A stretch of DNA of 64,000 nt, taken from assembly GCA_030704615.1 (NCBI GenBank), contig CM060731.1, positions 22,072,001-22,136,000 on the forward strand, given 5' to 3'. Shown here one piece after another: positions 50,302 through 63,644 of this stretch. The translations under genes were made by a program, and so were the position numbers. Source of the stretch: Takakia lepidozioides. Taxonomy: Eukaryota > Plantae > Bryophyta. A model generated the notes under the pieces. That model was given only the letters and a program-made list of their open reading frames with translations, did no database searches and was not told the DNA's origin. Within the stretch, counting starts at the first letter, position 1. Each line of letters starts with the position of its first letter.

Positions 50302-53300
50302 CTGTAAATGTGACATTGACACATCAGTCAGCCACGCGATATAGTTCCTGAAGATGGTAAGGTTCACACTTCGTTTACTATTACTCTCTAGTTTTTGAAG
50401 ATGGTAAGGTCCATACACATTGTTTTCTGCTAATCTGAATAATGACTAGGTGTGCTTAAAAATCCTTAGCACCCTATTTTTCTCTTGTTACTATCTGATA
50501 TTTTAGTTTAACATTTGGCATGTTGTAGACATAAAGGTCACTCTGGAGCCATTAGTAGTCTGCCACGCTCGAACAGTTTCTGAAGATGTTAAGCTCCACT
50601 TCTTGTCACTCTGGAGCCATAAATTTCAAAGCCTCTGTTCCAGTGGCCTCCTCTTCCCTTGTAGCATTCTTATTCTCAAATGCTTGTGGCCCAGGTGAGT
50701 ATGTGGCCCATGCACATCGTGTAGGGTTGACAGTGTGAATATGCATGAGCTCGATGACATTGGCGACTTTGAATGCTTGAGGACCAACAGGGCCATGGAT
50801 GCTAAGGCAAGCTCTTTCAAATAAAAAGTAACTCCTTTCTTACCTACCCTGTAGTAATGAAAACTGTGTCTTGTGGGATGGGCTACAGGTGGAAAGTTGT
50901 TGTTGTCCTTTGCTCTCAATTTGCACTCAACACGTGCTACTTGATTGAAGTCTATGGCTTGATTTTGCAGACTGCAACTGTGGCCTCCTAGTCTCCAGCA
51001 TTTGTCGCTTGAGAAGATCTTCCACACTACTTACCAAGGATTCTGAATACATTTCGACTGTACAGACTGCAGGACAGAATATTCAGACACCACCCGCCTG
51101 CATGTATAGCCAGGGCCTGCTTGGAAGTCCCAGTTCTGATCCTTCTTGATGTAAGAGGGAACAGGGTTTATTGTCAATGGCATGAGACTGGGATGGCTGG
51201 CAATTCAGCTACATTGTGTGCACCTCAAGCACATCAGACTTGTATCTAGCTCTAGAGCTGTATCCAGCCATTTGCATCATTGACTGTAAGTCTTGTGTCC
51301 TCCTGTGATGAGCCAACTTTCCATATACTAGAGTACTTTTCATTTGGTTGCCTTTGGACAGTAGAGCTACATCTCAACAAATCTCACTGACAAGTATATG
51401 TTGTGATCTGGGTTCTTTTCAATTATCTATTTGTCAAGACCGACAATTCCTAGGAATGTAAGTCTTAAAGGGGTGCATCTCTGCATTGCATCCTTAAAAG
51501 TGGCTGTGGGGTCAAAGCAGGTTCCAAAGAACCCAGAAGAGAGAATGGCAGATGAGAGGGAAGGAGCTGACACTCTCCAAGTTTTGTTGCAGTGATTCTC
51601 ATTTTCTGCTGAACACACATTCTCCCTCTTCTCCTCCCTACACCCCACACAATCACATCTTGCAATGTGTTCTGCCCTGGTTGCCTTGATCCAAGAATGC
51701 TTATATACAACACGCTTCAGTACTGAAGCTTCCAAGAAATGGTTGACCGGTTACACACTTTGGGTGGTGCTGAATTCAAATCCACATCTAGGGTGGATAT
51801 TAGACCAGGTCCATCTGCAGGCAGGGGCATTCCTTCATCAAAGTGGTACATGATTTCAAGAACCAAGGGGGATGATGGGGAAATTGGCTGGAATGGAGGT
51901 TAATAACACATCTTGCTCCAATGAAAATGTACAGACACTTTCAGTGGAACGGTGATCTCGACAGAGATGCTACCTGGCATTATGTCTTGTGGAGGATCAT
52001 GCCCTCTGGTGATTTTGTTACAAGATCAAGAGGCAGGCCTTGTTCGTTCTGGCATTTGCCTCTCAAGCCCAGGTGAGGCCAGTCATGCTTTACTTTGATG
52101 TGACAATGTGGGTTTTAGGGGTTGAAACTTAAAACATGTTGCATCAGCCAGGATGCCTACTGTGTCGACCATTGTGGAAGCAGTGCATGTCAGGGGATCG
52201 TTGTTACAGCTGTAACCAATGCCATCAGTGAACATTGTGGTTAGATAATAGGAACATTTGAGTGCTACAATTCTCCTTACAGCAACTGCCAGGCTGGATT
52301 GGTGACAACAGATGTGACCCTTTTTTTTGAACTGGAGTTAACAAATGCCCCATGCATGGTCTTCAAGGAGCTAGTTTGTGCTGGTAAGCCTGCAGGAAAT
52401 TGTGACCACAGCAACTGGCAATCTAGTGGCTAAGAAGGGTCATCAGGCCCGTTGTTGCATCCAGTGGCTTTTTGATTGGGAGGATGCTGCTTTGGGAGGA
52501 TGTACCTTTTGTCTCAGCCCTTTGAGGTACCCTGCAGAGCCTTGGTCTGTATTGCAGTGAGACCATGTAGTTAATGTCATGCATGTCTGCACTAACACTT
52601 AAGTTGGGCCCCAAAAGTTCTTAAGATTTTAACAGGTGAAGTGAGTTCAATGAGTACATAATTTTCAGAGGTTGGTTTGATGGTGGACAAGGTTGTTTGC
52701 TGCCGGGATAGTCCTTGGTGGTATGTCAGGTGCTCCACTTGGGAGCAATGTGCATGCAATCAAGGGGATGCAATGTTTATGTCAGACTCTTGGTTTACAC
52801 TGTGATTGTAAGTTGTATTTCTTACAATCTGGACTTTAATGGGAGGATCATTGTTGTGGCAGATTTCTCAGAATATTCCATGATCAAGGTGGCTGCCGTT
52901 GACATGCGCTTATGAGAAGCCAGCCTTGGGAATCTTCTTTGCCCTTTCAACAAGTGGGCGCAAAATGGGATTTTCACTCACTATGCTATACCAGGAGCTG
53001 CAAAGCACTTCAAATGGCCCAACATTCAGAGGGAAGCAGGCAGCTGGTCAGTACATAATAAAATGAATTTCAGATTACGCAAATAGTGAAAGTTGAGTTG
53101 GAAAAGGAAAATTCTGGAGGGCTGAGAAGTCTGCGTTGGCAAGGATTGCACAAACTGCTGAGGCCACTTCAACTACTTGGGGTTGTGTCTCTTCTTCCAA
53201 GACGAGAAGGTAAAAGAAATGACGCAGAACTTTCATTCTTCATGTGGCATTTCTATGCACACAACAACCATATCACATCTATGTCAACATAGCTCAAAGT

Positions 53301-53551
53301 CTGATACTTGGATTCGGAGCAACTAGCTCCATATATCCAGAATATACAGTTGTCAGAGACGAAATCATGCGTGCCTTCAACATAGATTTGACATATGCAA
53401 ACTTTAAAAAGCATTGGGGGAGTCGATGAACAACAAGTATCAAGATGCACACTCTAGCTTAAATCAGTGACATTTTGACATAGATGTAAGATGGTTGTCG
53501 CGTGCATAGAAATGCCGCATGAAGAATGAAACGTCTATGTCATTTTCTCTA

Positions 53552-53730
53552 CAATTCCAACACAATCTTAGTGGGTGAAAAAAAATGTCAATATCACATG
53601 ATAACTTTTCATGTATCATATGTACAAGATTGATATTATTTTCGGTCATCACCAGCTAGCACACTGATGCAGTGGGTGTTTTTTATGCACAATATTTGTG
53701 TGGAGGAGCTATGAACATATGAAAGAACTT
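53552..53730. repeat. Dispersed repeat also present at ~46456-46640, with continuation at ~54290-54328 vs ~46650-46690
   Basis: AATTCCAACAC..TCTTAGTGG.TGAAAAAAAATGTCAATATCA...GGTCATCACCAGCTA...TATGAAAGAAC shared. Confidence 0.85.
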
Positions 53731-53911
53731 ATTTAAGCCAAAGTGTGCATCTTGCTATGGAGTTTGCAATAAAGCTCCCCGAATTTGTTGACTGGCAATA
53801 CATCAAGGTAACTTCATTTATAGCCTTTCATTCAATTTGATTGAGGAATTTGATGTTTATATCTAGTCATGACCAACCCAATATTCTATGGAGGGGTGGT
53901 TCACCACTGCA

Positions 53912-54090
53912 GGATGGATCTAAGTGGTGGCCTTCATGATGCGGGCGACCATGTGAAGTTTGGACTGCCCATGGCTTTCACTGCCACTTTGCTAGCATGG
54001 AGTGTATTGGAGTATGATCCCATCATGGATGCAACCCAACAGTTAAGTCCTGCCACTGAATCCATCCGTTGGGTAACCGACTACCTGATC
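53912..54090 (+). pseudogene. GH9 endo-1,4-beta-glucanase single-exon fragment
   Basis: [33 protein letters not shown]...IRWVTDYL after a CAG acceptor. No other exons found. Confidence 0.9.
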
Positions 54091-56869
54091 ATAAATTCCA
54101 TTTGTATATTAATGGAGCAGCACAAGATCTAAGTCCCAATACAGGTTGGAAAGGATTCACGTAGAAAATCCAGACGAATTAGGAGTTGAAGGCTTTGGTG
54201 GATGTTGTGTACCCAATGATAGACCAGATGTGAGAGATTATCACCATGGAAAGGCAGCAACGAGCTCCACCGGAGTGCACACGAGAGTGACTAATGTTAT
54301 AAAAACGTTAGGTCCAAAGTTCAAGATGGATATGTCTCTTTGCGATGAGTGTTATTCAGGTGAACAAGTTCATCAAATCGTTTATCAATTGGGATCTCTG
54401 TGCACCATCTGGCCATACTATCATGTGCAAAAATTCAAAACATGGTCGGTTGTATACTTGGAAATGTATGCTTGGGTCTTGTGGGGAGCTTGGTCGCTCA
54501 TATCTCGGGGGTTGATACTCTGGATCGCTATCTAGGTCACCTGGGTCTTGGCTGGATCCTCCTCCGCGATCACCTCCTCGGCCTGAGGGAGAAAACTTAT
54601 CCAAACCCATTGGAAGTTTGAATGAGGCTCTCTTATCATCCAAAATTGACTTTATGAGGCAAGCAATAGCAGCGACCAATGTCGGACTGTCCCCAGTCCA
54701 CGAGATCCCCTCACTGATATATAAAACACGGTCTTCTCACTTCAGGAGAAAAGTCCAATCCCTCGACGATACCATTCCATAACCACTATCCCTGACCAAC
54801 ATATAACTATAGGCTTGCAAGACGGCGTTATACATGATTCTCTCCCTTTGTCGGAAATCCCCGGTTAGAGCACTTTGACAAGCCCCGTACAGGCTATCTG
54901 ATAGGATCAGTTGTGCTACTAATGCTAGTCTCTTCACCTCTCCTACCATGAGGCATTTTTCACCCTTTTAATACCACAAGATCAGCATATGAGGTGCGCA
55001 CTGCGACATCAAAGAGCTCACTTGTGTGCTCATCTGAACCGGTTGTTGCTGCTGTTCTTAGATGTGTCTGCCTTGCAGAGTGAGACACATCGCTCGTTAA
55101 ACATAAGAAGCAGGCGAAAGGAAGGAGAGTGAGTGAGAGGATGAACGAGGCAATGAGAGCCGCAGGAGAGAGATGAAGAGAGCGAAAGAGAAATTGAAAA
55201 AGGCAGGGGAGGAGATGAAGTCATCCCCCAAATCCTAAATCGTCCACAACCATGTTGCTTTCTAATGAAACAACCATAAATGATGTGCTTCGTATCCTCT
55301 GCCAACATGAGTTTGCAAATACTGATCAATATTGAGATATTGACATCCCTGTCCGTGCCCCTGTTAACCTTAATGTTAGTTCTACAAATGAATTTTGCTG
55401 TCGCGGATGCATTATATTTCAATGGAGTTTGGTACTATGAACACCGATCATTGATGTTTCTATAAAGTGAAATATATGAAGTGAGTTCGTGCGCATTTTC
55501 TGTATAAAATTAGCTCTCTGACATATTTTGTTTCATGTCATTTTAATTTTTGATGTGGCTGTATGGACCTGTGATTTTCGAAAGATTGCGAAGTGAATAA
55601 TATGAGAGAGATTATGTGAACATGGAGATTTGCTATCAACGTTGACGGTCTTCTAATCTCAGGGGGCTCATGATGAACAAAACTTCACATTTTACGGAGT
55701 TTGTAAGTCTTGGTGTCTGTCAACATATAAATGGAACATGGTAACGGGTAGGTAGTGCATTTTTAAATATGAACACTATTTTAACTAATTCTGGACTTTT
55801 GTTTGGTCCAGAAATAATATGAGAAATATATATGATTATTTTGGTTATTTTATGCACAATATAACCATGAACAATAATCCTCCAAACATTTTTTGGAGAC
55901 AATATAAGTATGTATTGTGGTTTTAGAAGAACATCCACTGCCAAGTTGACGTTCACGAAAAAAATGGGAGGATGCAATAAATTTCACCATGATGTGAGGT
56001 TTGTAAAACTTTTTACACAAAATGGTTGCCATATCAGATGACATACAAAACCAAACATAGAACAATCATGGCATGTGATGAAGAGGATGACATGAAAGAA
56101 TATGTCCGCATACATTGATGATAAACATTCATATTTTATTAGAGATTGCAACTTTGGCGTTGCAGTCAGACATAATGTAAAGTCAACTGTACATCCGTTG
56201 GACTTAATGTTATCCAACGGCTCGAAGCCATACAATGGCTTACACTAACCCATTAATATTACATAGCCTCCTCCCAAACGGCTCGCAGTCGAGGCATGTG
56301 TTCGAAGACGCCTCCAGTTACCACAACCACTTGCAACGGTCTCCGCACCAGAGGAAACGGAAATACTTTCGGAGAACTCAAACCTAGTAGTAACATTATC
56401 ATCCGAAATGTTACTTGGAACTCTACTTGTTGAATCTCTTGATGCCCTTGAAGCCTGCCGGGAAGCCGCCATTCTTGCCATCACGAAGCTCTTCTTCTTC
56501 TTTTCGAATTCGCTCCTTGAATGTGACTGGGCAAAACAATTTTTGATATGACAAATGTCAGCTGAAATGTGGAACATTTGTAGAAAAAATGATAAAGTAA
56601 AAGTGCAAGTGGAAGATACTTTCAAGATCAAATTCTCCATACACAACAAACAGTGGGATAAGTACATACAAGGTAATCAGGTTCTTTTTGTTGTGGGATC
56701 CAAACACAATGATCAACATATCTTCCATACCAAGCCTAATAGGCATGGTCGCGACCAATAGACTTACGAAAAAACTTGGCAGGTTTCTCGCTGATGTAAT
56801 CTACAACTATTGAAGCTGCAGCCATTTTCCATATATATGGCCACACAGCTTTTGTCATATCAGCTTGGT

Positions 56870-57365
56870 CAACCAAGCCCTTTGGTGATGGCTTGTATGA
56901 AATATGGAAGAATCTAGTATTTGGTGGGTTTCGGAGGCCCTTTGATGACTCATCATCAACAAGGAGTATTTGTCCCTGCGTTTCAAAGGGTGTACCAGGG
57001 TACTTGGCAAGAACTTGGCAAGAACAGTGCGAATATCTTTAACGAGATATTTCATCTCAGGCATGATGTAACCGGTTGTGTCTTTGCAATCCTCAGCTGA
57101 CCAGATGAAGCAAAATTTCTTCGCAATTTTCGTGGGAACTAAGCACTCGAGCATCTTACAAAGAACACTCTTTCAGCACATGACCAGATCGCCACGTGGA
57201 AATGCATGAACGCAAGACTTCGGGCCGGGGAACCACAAAAGGTCTGTCGGGAACATGAACTGTAACTTTCCTGAAACGAAATCTCTCCTTAAGCAATTCA
57301 CCGCCGGTTGGAGGTGGCCGATAGCAGAGGAGTCCGTTGACACTCAATATTAACAACATCCGTTT
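56870..57365 (-). pseudogene. NIF/FCP1-homology HAD phosphatase-like domain, frameshifted
   Basis: LLILSVNGLL, RP, FIWSAEDC..TTG, KDIRTV, ILLVDDESSKGLRNPPNT. Confidence 0.7.
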
Positions 57366-57794
57366 CCTCTTCCCTAATGTGGCAAATGAAGGTTGATGGA
57401 CGATGCCATCCTACGCAATTAAGTGTTCCCGCCGTCAGAAACAACACGATGTAGTGTTTCTTAGTTTTAGAGTGACCTCTACGTTTTCGGAGACATAAAT
57501 GTCCCGACAATGGACTACTATAAAGGACCAAGAGTAGACCATATATTGAAGAGTTCGAGATCACGAAAAGATGAATGTCGGCTGTCAAGTGGAGGTTAGT
57601 GGACGCACTTTGTCGGGAGGCGCATTCAAGAAGTTATGCGGCTCCATATTCGTTTGTATAAAAATTACGGAGTTAGTTTGGGACCGCAAAACAAATTGCA
57701 AACGAAAGTGGAGAAATTGTTTTGAAATGTATCATTGAAGCCTTATTGGAATGTCTTGCAGAAGAACAGTGGATTCTCGCGGGCTTGGATTGAC

Positions 57795-59971
57795 GACCAT
57801 ATGTGATTCTGAACACTGCCCTGGTGGAAATGTATGTCAAATGTGCGTGCATCGAGGATCCAAAGGGAGTGCTCGAAAGTATGGCTGAACGAGATGTGGT
57901 GTCGTGGAGTGCGATGATTGCAGGCTATGCACAGCAAGGGTGCGGGATGGAGGCTTTGGAGACCTATGAACAAATGATGTGCGAAGGGGTGAAGCCCAAC
58001 CACATAACGTTTGTTTTTGCTTGCAAGTGCAAGCCTGGGAGCTCTGGAAAAGGGGAAAGAGGTTCATGGTGACATCGTCAAAGCTGGAATTGTATGCACA
58101 GGATGGAGGCTTTGGAGACCTATGAGCAAATGATGTGCGAAGGGGTGAAGCCCAACCACATAACGTTTGTTTTTGTTTGCAATGCGTGTGCAAGCCTGGG
58201 AGCTCTGGAAAAGGGGAAAGAGGTCCATGGTGACATCGTCAAAGCTGGAATTGTACCAGATGTCTTCCTGAACACTGCCCTGGTGGACATGTACACGGGA
58301 TGGAGGCTTTGGAGACCTATGAGCAAATGATGTGCGAAGGGTTGAAGCCCAACCACATAACGTTTGTTTTTGTTTGCAATGTGTGTGCAAGCCTGGGAGC
58401 TCTGGAAAAGGGGAAAGAGGTCCATGGTGACATCGTCAAAGCTGGAATTGTACCAGATGTCATCCTGAACACTGCCCTGGTGGACATGTATGCAAAATGT
58501 GCGTGCATTGAGGCTGGACTTGAGGGGGATGTCCATGTGGGGACTGCCCTTGTCAGCATGTATTACAGGTGTGAGGGTTTGACGGATGCCACCCGAGTAT
58601 TTGACACAATGCCCAAGCGAGATGGGGTCTCATGGACTGCTATGATTGCAGGATCTGCTCAGCATGGTCATGGTGAGGAGGCTTTTAAACTCTTTCAGCG
58701 CATGCAAAGAGAAGGCATGAAGGCAGATATTGTCACCTTTATTAGTGTCCTCAACGCTTGTGCTGGCCCAGAGGCTTTAGAACGTGGCAAGCAGCTCCAT
58801 GCCAGCATCATCAAAGCTGAATTTGAGTCAGATGTTGGTCTCGGGATGTCAGTATGTATTGCAAGTGCAGGAGTGTGATGGATGCACTCAATGTGTTTGA
58901 CAGAATGCCTAAGCGAGATGTGGTCTCCTGGACTGCGATGATTGGAGAATGTGCACAGAGTGGTCATGGTGAGGAGGCTTTCAAACTCTTTCGACAAATG
59001 CAAAGAGAGGGTGTGCAGCATCCCTGGAACAGGGCAAGTGGGTCCATGCCTACATTATCAGATCTAGGTGTGAGTCAGATGTCTATGTCAGGAGTGCCCT
59101 CATTGATATGTATACCAAATGTGGGAGTGTAGATGCATGGGAGGTGTTTGACAAAATTCTTAAACCAGATGTGGTCTCATGGACTGCGATGATTATAGGA
59201 TATGCTCAGCATGGGCGTGGTCACGAGTCTCTCCAACTGTTTGAACTGATGCAATTGAAAGGTGTGAAGCCAAATGAGGGCACATTTATTGGTGTTCTCT
59301 CTGCATGCAACCATTTGGGCCTTGTAGATGAAGGTGGTCATTATTTTCAATCCATGTGTCAAGAGCATGACATTACACCAACAAAAAAGCATTGCACCTG
59401 CATGGTTGACCTCCTTGGCCATGCAGGGCGCTTAGATGAGGCAGAAGATTTCATTGCCAACATGGCACTCAAAACCAAGTGCTTCAGTGTGGGGGGGGGC
59501 CTTGCTTGGTGCCTGCAGAATCTTATGGAAGTGTGGAGTTAGCAGAGTGTGCTGCAGAATGTATTTTCAAGGTGGAATCACAAGATGCTGCAGTGTATAT
59601 GCTGCTTTCAAGCATCTATGCTGCAGCTGGTAGGTGGGCAATGGACCAGAGGTGAAAAAGGAACCAGGCCACACTTGGATTGAGGCGGAAAACAGGGTGT
59701 ATACATTTGCCGTTGGAGATAGATCTCACCCACGAGGAGAGGAGATCTATGCTAGATTGACTTGGCAGATTAAGGAGGCCATTGCTTTTGGGCTCATTAG
59801 CACACCCCCTGGGACCCTATCCGCATCATTAAAAACCTACGTGTATGTAGGGACTGCCACACTGCCACCAAGTTGATATCCAAAATTGTTGCACGAGAAA
59901 TTATTGCAAGGGATGCCATCTGCTTTCATCACTTCAACAATGGGGTGTGTTCTTGTGGGGACTACTGGTAA
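57795..59971 (+). pseudogene. PLS-class PPR-E-DYW RNA editing factor pseudogene
   Basis: Repeated DVVSWTAMI.GYAQHG / ALVDMYAKC motifs, HCTCMVDLLGHAG, KKEPGHTWIE, ends [14 protein letters not shown] (59971). Frameshifts, an internal tandem duplication at ~57945-58490, and the HxE segment is deleted. Confidence 0.95.
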
Positions 59972-60189
59972 ACTCAGGGTAAATACAACAGCCAGAAAAC
60001 ACTCCAGACAGCTGTTTCACCTACCGGACTAAAAAATATCTTTCCCGAGGGTATGTTACCCACCTTCCGGTAAAGCCTTAAAGTTCTCCCAAGGTTATGT
60101 CCCTTGATGTAATACGAGTTGCCGTATATATATAAAGAAAAATCAACCTTGTGCCCCAACCCCCCGGGGTCCTTGAACCTTGTGCTCAG

Positions 60190-60400
60190 GTAGTGATCCT
60201 GGGTTCAATCCTTCAACATGTGTCTTCAAACCGACCATTGGCCTCTTGATGGGCTGTGTTGAGCAGTAGGCTCTGTAGATTCATTGGACATTAAGGAAAA
60301 TTTACCTTTATCTATCAAAGAGGTTATTTTCCCCTCACTATAATGAAGGGCCTGATGTGTGAGAAGTAGCTTCCAGTTTTTTCCTTTTCTTTTCCATTTT
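60190..60400 (+). mobile_element. Degenerate SINE copy
   Basis: B box GGGTTCAATCC and shared body AAAGAGGTTATTTTC.CCTC.CTA.AAT.AAGGGCCTGAT; T-rich tail. Confidence 0.6.
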
Positions 60401-60756
60401 TTTCTTTTGAAAGTCTTAGGTGTCTACCTATGGTGCAACTTCGTCTTAGTGGCAATCTTTATCAAACTTGTCAAACTTTGGGGATGCCGCAGGGAAGGGA
60501 CCAGCAGAACCAGCAGAATTTTGGCCCTCTTTTCTTTGAAAAATAAAAATAACATGATAGCTTCGGCAACACTCCTCCGTTCTTCTTCCGAAAAACAATG
60601 AATATACGGGGTGTATGTATGGAACACCATGGGGATGACCCAGCCCTTTTTGTGAAAATTGAACATAGTTCTCAGAAGGTGTCGCTAGTAGTGCCTAGTC
60701 ATCTGAAGCCCTAGTCATCTATTGACTGGCCCGGACCTGGATTGAATTTCAAGTCA

Positions 60757-60990
60757 CCAGTCGGTAGCTCAGTTGGATAGAGCATTGAGTGCCACCCAGG
60801 CGATTCTGGGTTCAAAATCCTGCTACCTTGTCGGGTGGTATAATCTCCTCCCCCTTCCCTTGGGTGGTGTCCCTTGAGCCTTTGTGCTCTGCGCCTCATG
60901 GCGAGGTTACTATGAAAGAGGTTATTTTCTCCTCTCGCTACAATTAAGGGGCCTGATTTGCGAGCAGTCGCTCCGGGTTATTTCCCTTTA
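60757..60990 (+). mobile_element. tRNA-derived SINE
   Basis: A box TAGCTCAGTTGG, B box GGGTTCAAAATCC, no proper cloverleaf. The ~230-bp body is shared with 63645-63864. Confidence 0.85.
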
Positions 60991-62035
60991 AAATAGATAG
61001 ATATATATATATATATCTTCTTTAAAAAAAAATCAAGAAAAAAAAAGAAAGATGCCAAATTACCCGGATGCGGAGGAGGGTAAGTTAAAATCAATTACCC
61101 GCCCAACATTGGTTTACACTGGGGCCTCCAACCCATGTAACCTTGTCACCTTGAGTTACACACTGTTTAGTTCCATGTCACTCTCTCAAGAGAGGGTGGG
61201 AAGATTTGACATGCAGGAAACCGGCGTACAATCCTGTCAGAGGTTGCGGCGTGTGCATTACGTTCTTACTCGTTCCTAGTGTTTCTCCATTTTCACCGTA
61301 TGGATGGGATCATAACTTGTTTGTGGGCTGCAACTTGGAAGTGCCCAGCCCTAGAAACTATCAGCCCCTCCTAAATGGCAGCTCCAAATGACATGAGATT
61401 GACATACAACCTGCCTCATCATGTAGCCTCCTATCCTTCAACTTTCAAAAAAATTGGGCGAGATCTTGGGGTAGCTCCTTTGTTGGGGTGTGTTCCAATA
61501 GAGATATTGGGCACTGCACATTGACTTAAACTTGGACAAATTGCTCAATGATTATAATGTAAAGTATTTGCATAGCTCCAGCAACAATGACTGGCACGGT
61601 ACTCTATATAAAAGCCTGCTCGTGCACATGTATAAGCATATGTAGCAGAAAGTTGTCCATCTACTTAGCAAAAGCCTACTCTGATAAGTATGATCTACGA
61701 GAGTGTGCATGATGCTGACTCGAAGATTTGAATACGGGCTCGGATTTATGGAGGCATACTCGGACTTTCACAACTTGAGCTTGCGAGTCGGCCGGCCCTG
61801 ACCCGAGTTCACAGAGGGTTCTGGCTCTGAGAGTTTGAGTGCAAATTCTTGTGGCTTGGGAAAGATGGAGTTCGTAGTGTTTGGTGGCACTGTCGAGACT
61901 CACATATCAAATTCGTATAACGTGAATGAGATCAACAACTGGTGGGCTTTCACCCCTTTTCATGCTGCAGGCTGGCCGCTGTGCAATACTATCCCATGGA
62001 ATATTAATGCATCCGGCCGAACTACGACGATCCTT

Positions 62036-62941
62036 TCAATGCGACAAGGCGAAAATGAAGACCAATGATGCGATGAAGCTGAGCACCGTGATGCGGATAG
62101 AAAGATGCGACTTCGATCTTGTGGTCTCTGATCCATTGAGATATAGCGGGGGCGCAAGCAGTGTGCCTGGTATAATTTCAGCAGGAGGTGCCACTGGAGC
62201 TTTCTTCTTGGCTGTCTTCGCAGTTGGAATCCATGGAAGCGGAGCTGCAGTAGGAACAAGAGTCGGTGCTTCCCCAGGAGTTAATCTTACGCCATTGTAG
62301 TTATCAGATGTACTCAGCAGCATTGCATTTATACCATGAACAGCAATAGTTCCGTCGGTATAGAGATCAGGATCTATAACATCGGCGTTATCTAGTCCAT
62401 ATCGGTCCAATGCAATACTGGTGACCGGGATAGTGAAGCCATCCACAGATGTTGGCAGCCTGGTTCCCACCTGCAACCGCAACAGGTCTGAAAACGGATA
62501 TATCTCGGGCACAATGTAAAACTTCATCAGCTCAACCAAATGGCCCGATCCATTCAAAGTAATCAGAGCCTCGTCAGTGGGAGCGAACAGGGTGATACCC
62601 TGATGAATAATTGATCCGTCAGTGTCTATAACTCCCGCGATCGCCCCGTATCGTCGGGTTGCTCGCAAAGCCCCCACCACCTCTTCATGCAACGTCTGTT
62701 GCGGTGGTGCCTCTGCTGGTACCGGTGTTGTTGGAGATGAGCTTGAACGTGGTGCTGGCGCTGTTACCGGTGAAGATAAATCTGCTTCCTGCGCTAGGAC
62801 TACTGCGTACGCCGTAATGTAGATGTAGAGCGATGCAAAGCACAGGAAGTCTCTGATGACTGCTTTCTTTCCAGTCGACCTGTGAATCGAGAATCGACCT
62901 GCCATGATCCTTCTGGCCTCAGGCCGATATGTTGGTCCCAA
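62036..62941 (-). CDS. Fasciclin-like arabinogalactan protein (single FAS1, probable GPI anchor); start may be the second Met (MAGRF)
   Basis: Hydrophobic signal region, AP/SP/TP-rich flanks, H1 ITLFAPTDEA, H2 PDLYTDGTIAVHGINAML, hydrophobic C-terminus. Intact 301-aa ORF. Confidence 0.92.
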   Translation of the reverse strand: MGPTYRPEARRIMAGRFSIHRSTGKKAVIRDFLCFASLYIYITAYAVVLAQEADLSSPVTAPAPRSSSSPTTPVPAEAPPQQTLHEEVVGALRATRRYGAIAGVIDTDGSIIHQGITLFAPTDEALITLNGSGHLVELMKFYIVPEIYPFSDLLRLQVGTRLPTSVDGFTIPVTSIALDRYGLDNADVIDPDLYTDGTIAVHGINAMLLSTSDNYNGVRLTPGEAPTLVPTAAPLPWIPTAKTAKKKAPVAPPAEIIPGTLLAPPLYLNGSETTRSKSHLSIRITVLSFIASLVFIFALSH

Positions 62942-63644
62942 GGCTTAATATTAAGCCTTTGGAGCCAGAAGTGACGCAATTCAAACAGAAGTCTACCGTA
63001 CGAACAGTTATCGGGCCTGATCAAAGTTCTGAACAACCTCGATAATTATACCTGAAGGTACCCTCACCTGAACAACAATCCACAGTAAAACCTCATTGTT
63101 TTAGAGAACGAGGATAACAACAAAGCTTCTGGCGGCAAGAAAGTACTTAATACATCTGCGGGAATGGAAGGAGGAATGGACCAAATGTCTAGAGCAAGCA
63201 ACGTCTTCAGTATACTCGAATTTCCAGATCTCTCTAACCTGTGGAAAACCCTACAATAATCTACATAAAAGAAACAGGCCAGAAATCGAATTCGGCGGCT
63301 TTGAAACATTAGTCTAGCCCAAAAGACGGATCATCAAATGCCGCGTGCCAACTTGAAGGGAGCCAAAGATTACGAGAATATACCAAAAGACGCGAACGAC
63401 AAAGCTGCAGGGAAGCCAAAGTAGAAAAGCAACGTCTCCCAGAGAAACACACGCGATGGGCTCACGGCTCTCTTCTTTGCTTTGGAAAGCAGGAGCGGGA
63501 GAGACAGATGATGCTGCTGATGCTGCTGATGATGGTCGCATGTGCTCATGACCATACATATATCCATACCATGAATGGACGAACACCAATTTTTCGAAAT
63601 TTTGCTCTTGAGTTTGTATCTGAGTACAAATACGTTTAACACCA

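Noticed and set aside
50600-53050. Coding-like composition suggesting a decayed gene
   Set aside because: No recognisable motif in the frames examined, so no call can be supported.
60757-60830. Functional tRNA genes here and at 63645
   Set aside because: No pairing acceptor or anticodon stems, and a long shared downstream body, so these are SINEs.
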